From: Clostridia bacterium
GTDB taxonomy: Bacteria > Bacillota > Clostridia > RGIG6154
Assembly: GCA_045589295.1 (NCBI GenBank)
Contig: JAZNOU010000005.1
Location: 1-64,000, forward strand
Direction: 5' to 3'
DNA length: 64,000 bases
The stretch's first letter is position 1; every line of letters starts with the position of its first letter. The translations under genes were made by a program, and so were the position numbers. The notes under the pieces are model-generated. The model searched no databases and was not told the origin of the DNA. It saw only the letters and a program-made list of their open reading frames with translations. Of this stretch, positions 45,782 through 56,008 are shown piece after piece.

Positions 45782-46342
45782 ATGAAATACAATAAGGAAA
45801 ATTTTAAAAGTACTTTTTTATATTGGAACGAAAGAATTTCTGCCTTTAAGCTTCCCGATTGGGACGAACTTCCTGTTTTTGAACTTTACATGGATCAAGT
45901 GGTTAAGCTATTAAATGGTTATCTTGACATATATGCCGAGGCAAGCACCGATAAAAAAGGTATTACACAGTCTATGATCAACAACTACGTAAAGCTTAAA
46001 ATTATTCCTTGCCCCCAAAAAAAGAAATACTCAAGAATACACCTTGCTTACCTAATTATAGTTTGTGTTTTAAAACAAACTTTAAGTATTTCAACCATAC
46101 AAAATATCATTCCTTTGGGAATTTCAGAAAATGATGTCAAAAAGATTTATACATCTTTTGTATCAAACCAAAGAAAGTCGTATCAATATATATCTCAAAA
46201 CATATCAAATGTTGCAAATTCACTTATTGAAAACGAAGGTGACAATCCCGAAAGGCTTAATGACCTTGTTATTCAAATGGCAAGCTCTGCAAACATTTTC
46301 AAAATGATGAGCGATATTTTTTGTAACACTGATGAAAACTAA
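45782..46342 (+). CDS. DUF1836 domain protein (putative DNA-binding regulator)
   Basis: LPDWDELPVFELYMDQV, MINNYVK, KKYSRIHLAYL; start at ATG 45782 behind GAGGTG. Confidence 0.85.
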   Translation: MKYNKENFKSTFLYWNERISAFKLPDWDELPVFELYMDQVVKLLNGYLDIYAEASTDKKGITQSMINNYVKLKIIPCPQKKKYSRIHLAYLIIVCVLKQTLSISTIQNIIPLGISENDVKKIYTSFVSNQRKSYQYISQNISNVANSLIENEGDNPERLNDLVIQMASSANIFKMMSDIFCNTDEN

Positions 46343-46372
46343 AAAAAGCACTCTAATAAGAGTGCTTTTTTT
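46341..46372. terminator. bidirectional terminator
   Basis: AAAAAAGCACTCT-aata-AGAGTGCTTTTTT. Confidence 0.8.
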
Positions 46373-46379
46373 ATACCTT

Positions 46380-47570
46380 TTAGTCTGTTAAATTGTCAAA
46401 ATAACCCTGAACTAAAATTACAGGTGTACCTTTATCGCCTGAGCCACTTGTCAAGTCACAAAGTGAACCAATTAAGTCGGTAAGTCTTCTTGGAGTTGTT
46501 CCCTGAGATGCCATGTTTCCAACCAAGTCATCATCTTTTTTCTTAATAGCAGTTTCAATTGCTTTTTTAAGTTCCTCACCTTTAAGGTCAGCAAAATCAT
46601 TATCTGCAAGATATTTTAATTTAAGTTCATTAGGTGTTCCCTCTAAGCCTTTTGTGTATGCAGGTGATACAATTGGGTCAGCAAGTTCCCATATTTTTCC
46701 TAATGGGTCTTTAAATGCACCATCACCATACACCATAACCTCAACATGCTTTTTAGAACGTTCTAAAAACATTTTCTGAATATTTTCAACCAAATCGAAA
46801 CAATCCTGAGGGAAAAGCTTAACTGTATCTTCAGTAGATTTATTTGAACCCAAAAGTCCATATTTTTCATTAAACCCACTACCATTTACAGACTTATTTA
46901 AAATTTCGTCCAAACCAACAACACATTTAGCACCTGCGTCTCTTAAAATACGCTTTGTTCTTACTCTGCTGTGAATATCACAGTTTAAAACGCAATCTGC
47001 ATATTTCAAAATAACGCGAGGGTCGTTTGCTAAAATAATTTCTGCCTCTGCACCACATGAACGAATTAAATCACCATAATATTTAATATAGTCAACACCT
47101 GTGAAAGGGTGTGGATTTTCACCAAAAAGTTCACGATATTTTTCTTCGCTTAACACATCGGAATAAGGATTTATTCCTGCTTCATCAAGCTGGTCTAAAG
47201 AAACCAAAGCGTTTCCAACTTCATCACTTGGATAGTTTAACATTAAAACAATTTTCTTTGCACCTTTTGCTATGCCACGTAAACAAATTGCAAAACGATT
47301 ACGGCTTAAAATTGGAAAAATTACACCAACTGTTCCACCGCCAAGTTTATTCTTAACATCTTCTGCGATGGCATCAACAGAAGCGTAGTTTCCCTGAGCA
47401 CGTGCTACAACAGACTCTGTAACCGCAACAACATCACGATCTCTTAATTCAAAGCCTTCAGCTTCTGCAGCCTCAATAACACTATCAACAACGATTTTAG
47501 CAATATCGTCACCTTCACGAATAATAGGACAACGGATACCTCTTGAAACAGTACCTGTTCTTCTTTCCAT
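46380..47570 (-). CDS. CofE-like (coenzyme F420-0:L-glutamate ligase family) protein
   Basis: [38 protein letters not shown]; start at ATG 47570 behind GGAGGAG. Confidence 0.8.
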   Translation of the reverse strand: MERRTGTVSRGIRCPIIREGDDIAKIVVDSVIEAAEAEGFELRDRDVVAVTESVVARAQGNYASVDAIAEDVKNKLGGGTVGVIFPILSRNRFAICLRGIAKGAKKIVLMLNYPSDEVGNALVSLDQLDEAGINPYSDVLSEEKYRELFGENPHPFTGVDYIKYYGDLIRSCGAEAEIILANDPRVILKYADCVLNCDIHSRVRTKRILRDAGAKCVVGLDEILNKSVNGSGFNEKYGLLGSNKSTEDTVKLFPQDCFDLVENIQKMFLERSKKHVEVMVYGDGAFKDPLGKIWELADPIVSPAYTKGLEGTPNELKLKYLADNDFADLKGEELKKAIETAIKKKDDDLVGNMASQGTTPRRLTDLIGSLCDLTSGSGDKGTPVILVQGYFDNLTD

Positions 47571-47676
47571 AAATATCTCCTCCATATTCTTGACATTCAT
47601 CACAACTCCTATTATAATACAATTATAAATATTAGTAAAGCAAATAATACTTACAACTGTTATAAGGAGTGCTTAT

Positions 47677-48564
47677 ATGAAAACTAAACTTGATTACTAT
47701 AGAATTTTTTACGAGACCGCCCGTCATTCATCTTTTTCAAAAGCGGCTCAGCAGCTATACATCTCACAGTCTGCAATATCCCAATGCATAAGGCAACTCG
47801 AGCAGGATTTAAGTGCTCAGCTTTTCACACGCTCCAAACGCGGTGTAACCCTTACAAAAGAAGGTGAAATTCTGTTTCAAAAAATAGAAAGCGCAATTTC
47901 ATCAATAGAACAGGGCGAACTTTTACTTGAACGATTGCATCATTTAGAGGGCGGTTCTTTAATAATTGCAGCAGGTGACAGTATAACAAGTCACTTCTTG
48001 CTTCCGTATCTTGAAAAATTTCACGAAACACACCCTAACATTCGTATAGAAATGGCAAACTCTTATTCTCACCACATGTTAGAGCTTGTAAAAAGCGGCA
48101 AAGCTGAACTTGCATTTGTTAATCTTCCCGCACAAGATAGTGAGCTTTGTATAAACTCTTGCTTTGATATACATGATGTATTTGTATGCGGTCCTGAATA
48201 TAATCAAAAGCAATCATATTCATGGAAAGAAATTTCACAAGAACCTCTGATTTTACTTGAAAACAACTCATCATCAAGACTTTATTTAAACAAAACTTTT
48301 GGCAAAAAAAACATAGAATTAAAGCCCCAAATTGAAATTGCGGCACACGACTTACTTATACGTTTTGCATCAATTCACCTCGGGGTTTCGTGCGTTGTTA
48401 AAGAATTTTCAAAAGAAAGCCTAAATGTCGGCAAGATATGTGAAATGAACATCTTTCCGCCGATTCCATCTCGAAGCATAGGTTATGCCTACTTAAAAGG
48501 AACTCCGCTTTCGCCTGCGGCACAAGAATTTTTAAGTCTTATTCAAAACAAAAATTTATCCTAA
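47677..48564 (+). CDS. LysR family transcriptional regulator
   Basis: SFSKAAQQLYISQSAISQCIRQLE...LFTR; divergent from the CofE-like gene. Confidence 0.93.
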   Translation: MKTKLDYYRIFYETARHSSFSKAAQQLYISQSAISQCIRQLEQDLSAQLFTRSKRGVTLTKEGEILFQKIESAISSIEQGELLLERLHHLEGGSLIIAAGDSITSHFLLPYLEKFHETHPNIRIEMANSYSHHMLELVKSGKAELAFVNLPAQDSELCINSCFDIHDVFVCGPEYNQKQSYSWKEISQEPLILLENNSSSRLYLNKTFGKKNIELKPQIEIAAHDLLIRFASIHLGVSCVVKEFSKESLNVGKICEMNIFPPIPSRSIGYAYLKGTPLSPAAQEFLSLIQNKNLS

Positions 48565-49308
48565 CAAAACATCGGTTGCAAGCATTATACAAAAACCAAT
48601 CAAAAGAGCATAAGTTGCACTTCTTTGACTTCCGTGCGCATGTGTTTCGGGAATCATTTCATCGCTTATAACATATAGCATTGTACCGCCCGCAAAAGCA
48701 AGTGCAAACGGTAAAATTGCTGTAGAAACGCTTACTGCAAAATAACCAATTAAAGTTCCTAAAACCTCAACAAGACCAGTAAGTATAGCACAAACAAAGG
48801 TTTTTTTAGGGGCTACACCCGCTGCAAGCATAGGGCCTATTATAACCATCCCCTCTGGAATATTCTGAAGTGCAATACCACCTGCAATAATAAGCGCCTG
48901 CGATATATCGCCTGAGCCAAATCCTACGCCTGCCGCAATTCCTTCGGGAAGATTATGTATGGCAATTGCCAAAACAAACAAAAGCACTTTGTTTAAATTT
49001 GCAGTGTTGTTTTCTTCTGCATCTGCTCCAACCATTCCATGAAGATGCGGAACAAGCTTATCAATAATATTTAAACATAAAGCTCCTGTAAATATCCCTG
49101 CAATTGTAATTATAACTCCATAATCTCCCCCGTACTCAACCGAAGGTATTACAAGGCCCAACACTGCTGCCGCAAGCATTACACCTGCTGCAAAAGATAA
49201 AATTATATCTGAAAACTTGTGCGATATTTTTTTAAATATAAAACCTATCAGCGCACCAATAATTGTTGCACTACCAACGCCGATTGCAGTAAGCAAAACT
49301 AATTTCAT
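48556..49308 (-). CDS. ZIP family metal transporter (ZupT/GufA)
   Basis: FAAGVML, HNLPEG, QNIPEG, EMIPE. Confidence 0.9.
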   Translation of the reverse strand: MKLVLLTAIGVGSATIIGALIGFIFKKISHKFSDIILSFAAGVMLAAAVLGLVIPSVEYGGDYGVIITIAGIFTGALCLNIIDKLVPHLHGMVGADAEENNTANLNKVLLFVLAIAIHNLPEGIAAGVGFGSGDISQALIIAGGIALQNIPEGMVIIGPMLAAGVAPKKTFVCAILTGLVEVLGTLIGYFAVSVSTAILPFALAFAGGTMLYVISDEMIPETHAHGSQRSATYALLIGFCIMLATDVLLG

Positions 49309-49350
49309 TTCATTCTCCTCTTATGTATCCCGCTTATAAAGCGGATTTTT

Positions 49351-49512
49351 TTATTTTTCCTCTGAAAACATATCTTTTCCTACAGAGCACAAAGGGCATT
49401 CAAAATCATCAGGCAAATCTTCAAATTTTGTTCCTGGTTCAATACCTGCATCAGGTAATCCCTTTTCTTCATCATAAACCCAACCGCAAACATCGCATAC
49501 ATACTTTTTCAT
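49351..49512 (-). CDS. rubredoxin (53 aa, absent from the supplied ORF track)
   Basis: Translates as [53 protein letters not shown]; SD GGGAGG. Confidence 0.95.
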   Translation of the reverse strand: MKKYVCDVCGWVYDEEKGLPDAGIEPGTKFEDLPDDFECPLCSVGKDMFSEEK

Positions 49513-49526
49513 TGTTTTTCCTCCCT

Positions 49527-50681
49527 TTATTTACAAAGCTCATCTGCAAGCAAATCAAGCTGCATTTCATTTTCTTTATCTACTGCAGACATAATTTTAA
49601 CTTCTGTTTCCAAAATATTCAAATTTTTACTTTTAGAAAGCATTTCTTTCATTACCTTTGTTGCTACAGGTGCCCAGCTGCCATTTTCAATAAATGCAAC
49701 CGTTCTGTTTTGGAAATTTCTTTCAGTTAAGTGATTTATAAACTCTTTCATAAACGGAAAAATATCCGCATTATAAGTGGTTGTTGCAAAAACAGTTTTA
49801 CCATACTTAAACGAGTCTTCCACCGCTTCTGCCATATCGCACCTTGCAAGGTCGTTTAGCACAACCTTAGGACATCCTCTATCTTCAAGTTTCTTTTTAA
49901 GTAGCTCTGCCGCCTTTTTTGTGTTGCCGTAAACTGATGTATAAGCAATAACAACTCCTTCTTTTTCAATCTCATAACTTGACCAAATATTGTAAAGGTT
50001 TAGGTAATACCCAAGATTTTCTCTTAAAACAGGACCATGTAACGGACAGATAATGTTTATATCAAGCTTTGTTGCTTTTTTCAGGAGTGCCTGCACCTGA
50101 GCGCCGTATTTCCCAACAATACCAATGTAATATCTTCTTGCTTCACACACCCAATCTTCTTCTATATCAAGTGCACCAAACTTACCAAACCCGTCGGCAG
50201 ATAACAACACTTTATCTGTTGAATCGTATGTTACAATTACCTCAGGCCAATGCACCATAGGCGCAGTAAAAAATGTAAGATTGTGTTTACCCAAGCTGAG
50301 GGTATCATTTTCACCCACAACGATTTGTCTTTCACTAAAATCTGTTCCAAAAAAGTTTTTCATCATTGAAAACGCCTTTGATGACGCAACAATCTTAGCA
50401 TTTGGATAATTGTTTGCAAAATCGTATATACAAGCAGAATGATCAGGCTCCATATGCTGAACAATCAGATATTCAGGCTCTTTTCCATCAAGTACAAGTT
50501 TTAAATTTTTAAGCCACTGGTCTTTAAAATTTGCATCAACCGTATCAAAAACCGTGCACTTTTCATCCAGAATAACATAAGAATTATATGACATTCCGTT
50601 AGGCACAATATATTGCCCTTCAAACAGGTCAATTTCGTGATCATTAACTCCTATATATTTTATATCCCTTGTTATGTTCAT
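49527..50681 (-). CDS. fprA: flavodiiron protein (FprA, class A)
   Basis: HMEPDHS, VHWPE, SADGFG, PLHG, flavodoxin-like YTSVYGNT. Confidence 0.92.
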   Translation of the reverse strand: MNITRDIKYIGVNDHEIDLFEGQYIVPNGMSYNSYVILDEKCTVFDTVDANFKDQWLKNLKLVLDGKEPEYLIVQHMEPDHSACIYDFANNYPNAKIVASSKAFSMMKNFFGTDFSERQIVVGENDTLSLGKHNLTFFTAPMVHWPEVIVTYDSTDKVLLSADGFGKFGALDIEEDWVCEARRYYIGIVGKYGAQVQALLKKATKLDINIICPLHGPVLRENLGYYLNLYNIWSSYEIEKEGVVIAYTSVYGNTKKAAELLKKKLEDRGCPKVVLNDLARCDMAEAVEDSFKYGKTVFATTTYNADIFPFMKEFINHLTERNFQNRTVAFIENGSWAPVATKVMKEMLSKSKNLNILETEVKIMSAVDKENEMQLDLLADELCK

Positions 50682-50896
50682 TTTTTCCTCTCCTTATGCA
50701 TATCTTAACAATTATTCATTTTAACGTAAATTTATCAAACCCGCAAGTCATAATTTTTTCCACAAAATCCTTCTGCTTAACTTAAGTATAGCACAAAATT
50801 TTACTTTTTTCAATATTACACCCACAAGTGCAATTTCCACGTTTGTTTCTAAAACCAAGTGTTATACAGTGTATTTCTGCCCGTTTTAGTAAAAAC

Positions 50897-50931
50897 AAAA
50901 AAAAGAAGAATCCATATGGATTCTTCTTTTT
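50897..50931 (-). terminator. terminator after the tRNA pair
   Basis: AAAAAGAAGAATCC-atat-GGATTCTTCTTTTT. Confidence 0.75.
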
Positions 50932-51006
50932 GGTGAGCCATCGGAGAATCGAACTCCGGACACCATGATTAAAAGTCATGTGCTCTGCCATCTGAGCTAA
51001 TGGCCC
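50931..51006 (-). tRNA. tRNA-Lys(TTT)
   Basis: GGGCCATTAGCTCAG...CATGA-CTTTTAA-TCATG...GTTCGATTC...CCA. Confidence 0.97.
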
Positions 51007-51035
51007 ATAGTGTCAATTTCCAACCAGAAAAAATA

Positions 51036-51110
51036 TGGCTGGGCTGGCAGGATTTGAACCTACGAATGTCAGAGTCAAAGTCTGATGCCTTACCCCTTGG
51101 CGACAGCCCA
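51036..51110 (-). tRNA. tRNA-Gln(TTG)
   Basis: TGGGCTGTCGCCAAG...TCAGA-CTTTGAC-TCTGA...GTTCAAATC...CCA. Confidence 0.97.
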
Positions 51111-51143
51111 TTATTTATCGTGGTCTTAACTGACAGCTTTAAC

Positions 51144-51172
51144 AGTATACCAAATTTTTGAAACAATGTCAA
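51144..51172 (-). promoter_or_regulatory. sigma-A promoter of tRNA-Gln/Lys
   Basis: TTGACA-17-TATACT. Confidence 0.75.
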
Positions 51173-51293
51173 TACTTTTTTGTAAAAAATTTGACTTTTT
51201 TTATTTTTCAACACAAGATTGACTTTTATAGTTTTTTTTCATTATAATATCAAGTAGGCCACTTGCCTTATTATGCACAAAAGGAGGGTTTTT

Positions 51294-52493
51294 ATGAAAA
51301 CTATTTTACATTGTGACTGTAATTCTTTTTATGCCTCGGTAGAATGTGTTTTAAACCCAGAACTTAAAAATGTTCCTATGGCAGTTGGCGGTGATGCCCA
51401 AAACAGACACGGAATTATTCTTGCTAAAAATGACCTTGCAAAAAAGTTTGGTGTTAAAACAGCTGAAACAATCTGGCAAGCAAAAAAAAAGTGCCCCGAC
51501 CTTATAGTTGTGCCTCCCCATCACGAAATATATTCTGAAATTTCAAAAAAAGTAAACAAAATATATGAAAGATACACAGATCGCGTTGAAAAATTTGGAA
51601 TTGATGAAAGCTGGCTGGATGTAACAGGATCGGAACGTCTTTTCGGAAGCGGAAAACAAATCGCAGACAAGATACGATATGATGTAAAAAATGAGCTTGG
51701 AATTACTGTTTCTGTTGGTGTATCATTTAACAAAATTTTTGCAAAACTTGGAAGTGATTATAAAAAACCTGATGCTACAACAGTAATAGATAAAGAAAAT
51801 TTCAAAACCATTGTGTTTCCGTTGCCCGCAAGTGACCTTTTATATGTCGGAAAAAGTGCAGAAAAAGCTTTAGAAAGTGTTGGTATTAAAACAATTGGTG
51901 ACATTGCATCATCAAGCAGGGACGCCTTAAAACTGCTTTTAGGCAAAAGTGGCGAAATGCTATTTGATTATGCAATCGGTGAAGGCAGTGATTATGTTTC
52001 GTACACGATGGAAAATCAACCGCCAAAATCCATTGGCAACGGAATGACATTCAAACGTGATATTCTAAATATTGATGATTTAAAAAAGGGGCTTCTGGCG
52101 CTTTGCGATTTTATATCATCAAGAATGAAAAATCAATCCCTTAAAGTTTCAGGAATTTCTGTAACTTTAAAAGATACCGAATTTAAAACTGTTTCAAAGC
52201 AAAAAACACTTGATTTCCCTACAGATTCGCCCCAAAAACTATACACTCAGGCCTTATCACTAGTGCCTTATATATGGAACGGTGAAAAACCTTTACGTTC
52301 TTTAACCGTTACAGGCTTTGACGTCTCGGAAAGTTTAGCAAAAGGTCAGCTAAGTCTGTTTGAAGATGATGACCTAACAGAATTAAGACACGAAAAATTA
52401 GAAAATGCAGTAAACAGCGTGAGAAAAAGTTTTGGTAAAAGCAGTGTTATGTATGCAAGTATTATAGATAATGATTTAGGCATAATATTTTAA
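51294..52493 (+). CDS. dinB: DNA polymerase IV
   Basis: ILHCDCNSFYASVE, GIDESWLD, AKLGSDYKKPD; start at ATG 51294 behind GGAGG. Confidence 0.93.
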   Translation: MKTILHCDCNSFYASVECVLNPELKNVPMAVGGDAQNRHGIILAKNDLAKKFGVKTAETIWQAKKKCPDLIVVPPHHEIYSEISKKVNKIYERYTDRVEKFGIDESWLDVTGSERLFGSGKQIADKIRYDVKNELGITVSVGVSFNKIFAKLGSDYKKPDATTVIDKENFKTIVFPLPASDLLYVGKSAEKALESVGIKTIGDIASSSRDALKLLLGKSGEMLFDYAIGEGSDYVSYTMENQPPKSIGNGMTFKRDILNIDDLKKGLLALCDFISSRMKNQSLKVSGISVTLKDTEFKTVSKQKTLDFPTDSPQKLYTQALSLVPYIWNGEKPLRSLTVTGFDVSESLAKGQLSLFEDDDLTELRHEKLENAVNSVRKSFGKSSVMYASIIDNDLGIIF

Positions 52494-52520
52494 AAAGAGG
52501 ATGCAGATGCATCCTCTTTT
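52493..52520. terminator. bidirectional terminator
   Basis: AAAAGAGGATGC-agat-GCATCCTCTTTT. Confidence 0.75.
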
Positions 52521-53676
52521 ATGATTTATCAACATGAATAACCGCAAAATATTTATTGTTAAATTCCAAAATTTTCTGTTTTAAATTTTCAATTACAAAC
52601 TTATCAGAAAGACCAATCTCAAACGGAATTACAACATCAAAAATCACATTTGTATGTGTGTCTCCCGTAACAAGGCGAAAATCGTGTATTGATAGTCTGC
52701 TGTCTATTTCTTTTGCAATTTGCTCAACAATTTTTTTAGTTTCATTTATAACTTCATTATCTGTTTCAATAGGATCTAAATGAATAACCGCATCACACCC
52801 AAACCTTTCGCAAAGTTGTTTCTCAATAAGGTCAATCTGGTCGTGCAACTTTAAAATATCGCCGTCACAAGGAACCTCTGCATGTACACTCATCATAAAA
52901 CGCGTAGGTCCGTAGTTATGAATTATAAGGTCGTGCATACCTATAACTCCATCGCTTGACATAACAATTTTTTCTATCTCTTTAACAAGGTCTTCATCAG
53001 GTGCGTGCCCTAACAGTGGTGAAATGGCATCAGTGATTGTTTTATACCCTGTATAAATGATAAACAATGAAACCAGCACACCAATATATCCATCTATATT
53101 TAAATCACACATTTCAGAAACAAAAAGTCCCGTTATCACGGTTGTGGTAGCAACAGCATCACTTAGTGAATCTTTTGCCACAGCAAAAAGAGATTTTGAA
53201 TTAATTCTTTTACCGATTTTACGATTGAAAAAATACATCCATAGCTTTATGGCAACCGCCATCATAAGAATTAGCAATGAAATTTTATTAAATTCAACAT
53301 CTACAGGATTAAAAATTTTAGAAAACGAACTTTTAATAAGTTCAAATCCCATAAACAAGATAAGGACAGAAACAAAAAGCCCGCTTATGTATTCAACTCT
53401 GCCATGTCCGTAAGGATGGTCGTGGTCTGCAGGTTTACCCGACAGCTTAAAACCAATCAGTGTAATTATTGAAGATGCCGCATCCGAAAGGTTATTAAGA
53501 GCATCTGCCACAATACCCAACGAGCCAGAAACAAACCCTGCTATAAGCTTAAAAGCAAACAAAATAAAATTTAGAAATATCCCTGTTGCCCCTGATAAAA
53601 TACCATAATTTTTTCTTACTTTTTCATCTTTTATATTGTCTTTGTCTTTTATGAAAATTTTAAACAATAATTCCAT
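52519..53676 (-). CDS. cation diffusion facilitator family transporter
   Basis: DALNNLSD, PADHDHPYGHGR, DSLSD, C-terminal dimerisation domains. Confidence 0.92.
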   Translation of the reverse strand: MELLFKIFIKDKDNIKDEKVRKNYGILSGATGIFLNFILFAFKLIAGFVSGSLGIVADALNNLSDAASSIITLIGFKLSGKPADHDHPYGHGRVEYISGLFVSVLILFMGFELIKSSFSKIFNPVDVEFNKISLLILMMAVAIKLWMYFFNRKIGKRINSKSLFAVAKDSLSDAVATTTVITGLFVSEMCDLNIDGYIGVLVSLFIIYTGYKTITDAISPLLGHAPDEDLVKEIEKIVMSSDGVIGMHDLIIHNYGPTRFMMSVHAEVPCDGDILKLHDQIDLIEKQLCERFGCDAVIHLDPIETDNEVINETKKIVEQIAKEIDSRLSIHDFRLVTGDTHTNVIFDVVIPFEIGLSDKFVIENLKQKILEFNNKYFAVIHVDKS

Positions 53677-53677
53677 A

Positions 53678-54634
53678 TTACACCCTATTATTTACAACAT
53701 TTAAGGGACTACCTTGCAAAAATGCTTTTAAGTTTGATGCAGCAAGGACCGCCACTCTTTGTCTTGCCTCGCGTGACGCCCATGCAGTATGAGGCGTAAT
53801 AATGCAATTTTTAGCTTTATAAAGCGGGTTGCTTTCAAGCATTGGTTCAGTTTCCAAAACATCCAAACCAGCACCTGCAATTTCACCCGAATTTAAAGCA
53901 GTTGCCAAATCTTCCTGATTTACTACACCGCCCCTTGCAGTATTAATAATATATGCACTTTTTTTCATAAGTGTCAATGTGCTTTTATTCACAAGTTCTT
54001 TCGTGCCCTCATTAAGCGGACAATTAAGACTTATGAAATCTGAATTCTTAAACAAATCTTCCTTGGACACAAACTCATATTCTTGTATTTCAGGAATTGT
54101 TCTTGTATGAACAATTACATTCATTCCAAAACATTTTGCTATTTGTGCAACCCTTTTCCCTATTGCTCCAAAGCCCACTACACCAAGAGTTTTACCAAAT
54201 ATTTCTGTTATCGGGAAATTAAAAAACGAAAATGTGGGGCTTTTAATCCAACCGCCATTTTGTGTAAACACATCATATTTATTTATACTACCTGCCAAAT
54301 TAAGCAAAAGAGCAAACACGTGCTGAACCACTGATTCTGTTGAATAATCAGGTGCATTACACACTACTATTCCTCTTTCATTTGCCGTTTTTAAATCAAC
54401 GTTGTTAAAACCCGTAGCAAAAAGTCCGATATATTTTAACTTAGCACATGCATTAATAAGCTCTTTATCAAAAACAGCTTTATTGCAAATAACATATTCT
54501 GCATCCTTTAAAACTTCAGGAAGTTCATTTTTAGGCAACACATTATAGTATTTAACATCCCCCAGTTCCTCAAATGCTGAAAAGTTAACATCTTCAAGCG
54601 TAACTGTATTTCTGTCAAGAACAATAATTTCCAT
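53678..54634 (-). CDS. D-2-hydroxyacid dehydrogenase (glycerate dehydrogenase-like)
   Basis: GFGAIG, INTARG, GLDVLETEP, TPHTAW. Confidence 0.9.
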   Translation of the reverse strand: MEIIVLDRNTVTLEDVNFSAFEELGDVKYYNVLPKNELPEVLKDAEYVICNKAVFDKELINACAKLKYIGLFATGFNNVDLKTANERGIVVCNAPDYSTESVVQHVFALLLNLAGSINKYDVFTQNGGWIKSPTFSFFNFPITEIFGKTLGVVGFGAIGKRVAQIAKCFGMNVIVHTRTIPEIQEYEFVSKEDLFKNSDFISLNCPLNEGTKELVNKSTLTLMKKSAYIINTARGGVVNQEDLATALNSGEIAGAGLDVLETEPMLESNPLYKAKNCIITPHTAWASREARQRVAVLAASNLKAFLQGSPLNVVNNRV

Positions 54635-54637
54635 TTT

Positions 54638-55549
54638 TTACTCCTTACTTTTCAGTACATCCATAACCTTTTTAAATTCTTGTGGGACCGGTGCATCAAA
54701 CTCAATATACTCACCGCTTGACGGATGATTAAACCCTAAGACACCCGCATGAAGCATTTGTCCGCTTATGCCAAGTTTATTTTTATCACCGTACACCAAA
54801 TCACCAAGCAGCGGATGTCCGATATATGACATATGAACTCTTATCTGATGCGTTCTTCCTGTTTCTAACCTGCACTTTATAAGGCTGTATTTTGAATATT
54901 CTTCCAAAACTTCAAAATGCGTTACTGCACTTTTAGAATTTTTGTCAGTAACTGCCATTTTTTTTCGTTGAACAGGGTGTCTGCCTATAGGTGCATTAAC
55001 TGTTCCTGAAGTTTCTTTAAATTTTCCGTTTACCACAGCAGTATACACTCTTGTTATTGAGTGCACTTTAAACTGTTCAGAAAGATTTAAGTGGGAAGCA
55101 TCATTTTTAGCAATTACCAACAAGCCTGATGTGTCTTTATCAATTCTGTGGACTATCCCCGGTCTGATTACCGAATTTATTCCTGATAATTTTCCTTCGC
55201 AATGTTTCATAACAGCATTAACCAAAGTGTTATCAGGATTGCCTGGTGCTGGATGAACGACCATCCCTGCACTTTTGTTCACAACTAAAATATCATTGTC
55301 TTCATAAACTATATCAATCGGAATATCCTGCGGACATGCATCCAAAACCTTAACCTCAGGCATTGTATATTCAATTTTATCTCCTGTTTTTAACGAATAA
55401 CTTGCTTTCTGAGGCTCGCCGTTTACCAAAACTAAACCTTCAGTGATCATATTTTGCACAAATGAACGGGTTTTTGACATTTCCCCTGATAAAAACTTAT
55501 CAAGTCTCTCCCCGCTTAATTCACTTATCAAAACCAAACACATCACCAT
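54638..55549 (-). CDS. rluD: RluA-family 23S rRNA pseudouridine synthase
   Basis: S4-like N-terminus, VHRIDKDTSG, TGRTHQIRVH. Confidence 0.9.
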   Translation of the reverse strand: MVMCLVLISELSGERLDKFLSGEMSKTRSFVQNMITEGLVLVNGEPQKASYSLKTGDKIEYTMPEVKVLDACPQDIPIDIVYEDNDILVVNKSAGMVVHPAPGNPDNTLVNAVMKHCEGKLSGINSVIRPGIVHRIDKDTSGLLVIAKNDASHLNLSEQFKVHSITRVYTAVVNGKFKETSGTVNAPIGRHPVQRKKMAVTDKNSKSAVTHFEVLEEYSKYSLIKCRLETGRTHQIRVHMSYIGHPLLGDLVYGDKNKLGISGQMLHAGVLGFNHPSSGEYIEFDAPVPQEFKKVMDVLKSKE

Positions 55550-55988
55550 CTTTTGAAAACAAAATCACTATTACTAACAATACTGCACCAACACAAACAA
55601 AAACATCTGCCAGATTAAACACAGGAAAATCAAAAAATCCAAATTCCAAGAAATCAACAACAAACCCGTAATACAACTTATCGATAATATTACCTACTGC
55701 TCCTGATATAATCAAATTGAGCGAGAAAGTCAAAAGCTTTTTGTTAAACTTTATTGCTTTCACCAAATAATATATACATACTGCCACAATTATAGCGCTT
55801 ACAGGAACAACTATATAGTTCATTCCTTTAAGCATCCCAAATGCTATCCCAGTATTTTCAACATATGTAAGATTAAAAATGCCGTCAAGCACTTTTACCG
55901 AACTTATCGGCATAAGATACTTGACCGCAAGATATTTTGTGAATCTGTCTGATAAAACAAACAAAATCAAATATATTATGTTTATCAT
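55521..55988 (-). CDS. lspA: lipoprotein signal peptidase II
   Basis: DRFTK, NTGIAFG, GAVGNIIDK, VVDF, FNLAD. Confidence 0.93.
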   Translation of the reverse strand: MINIIYLILFVLSDRFTKYLAVKYLMPISSVKVLDGIFNLTYVENTGIAFGMLKGMNYIVVPVSAIIVAVCIYYLVKAIKFNKKLLTFSLNLIISGAVGNIIDKLYYGFVVDFLEFGFFDFPVFNLADVFVCVGAVLLVIVILFSKDGDVFGFDK

Positions 55989-56008
55989 TTTATGTCCTTC
56001 TTTTTGAA

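Noticed and set aside
50706-50720. TAACAAT-T-ATTCATT as a PerR/Fur box at the fprA promoter
   Set aside because: Position is plausible, but there are too many mismatches in AT-rich DNA to support it
50782-51214. Two short minus-strand ORFs
   Set aside because: They overlap tRNA-Lys, tRNA-Gln and their promoter
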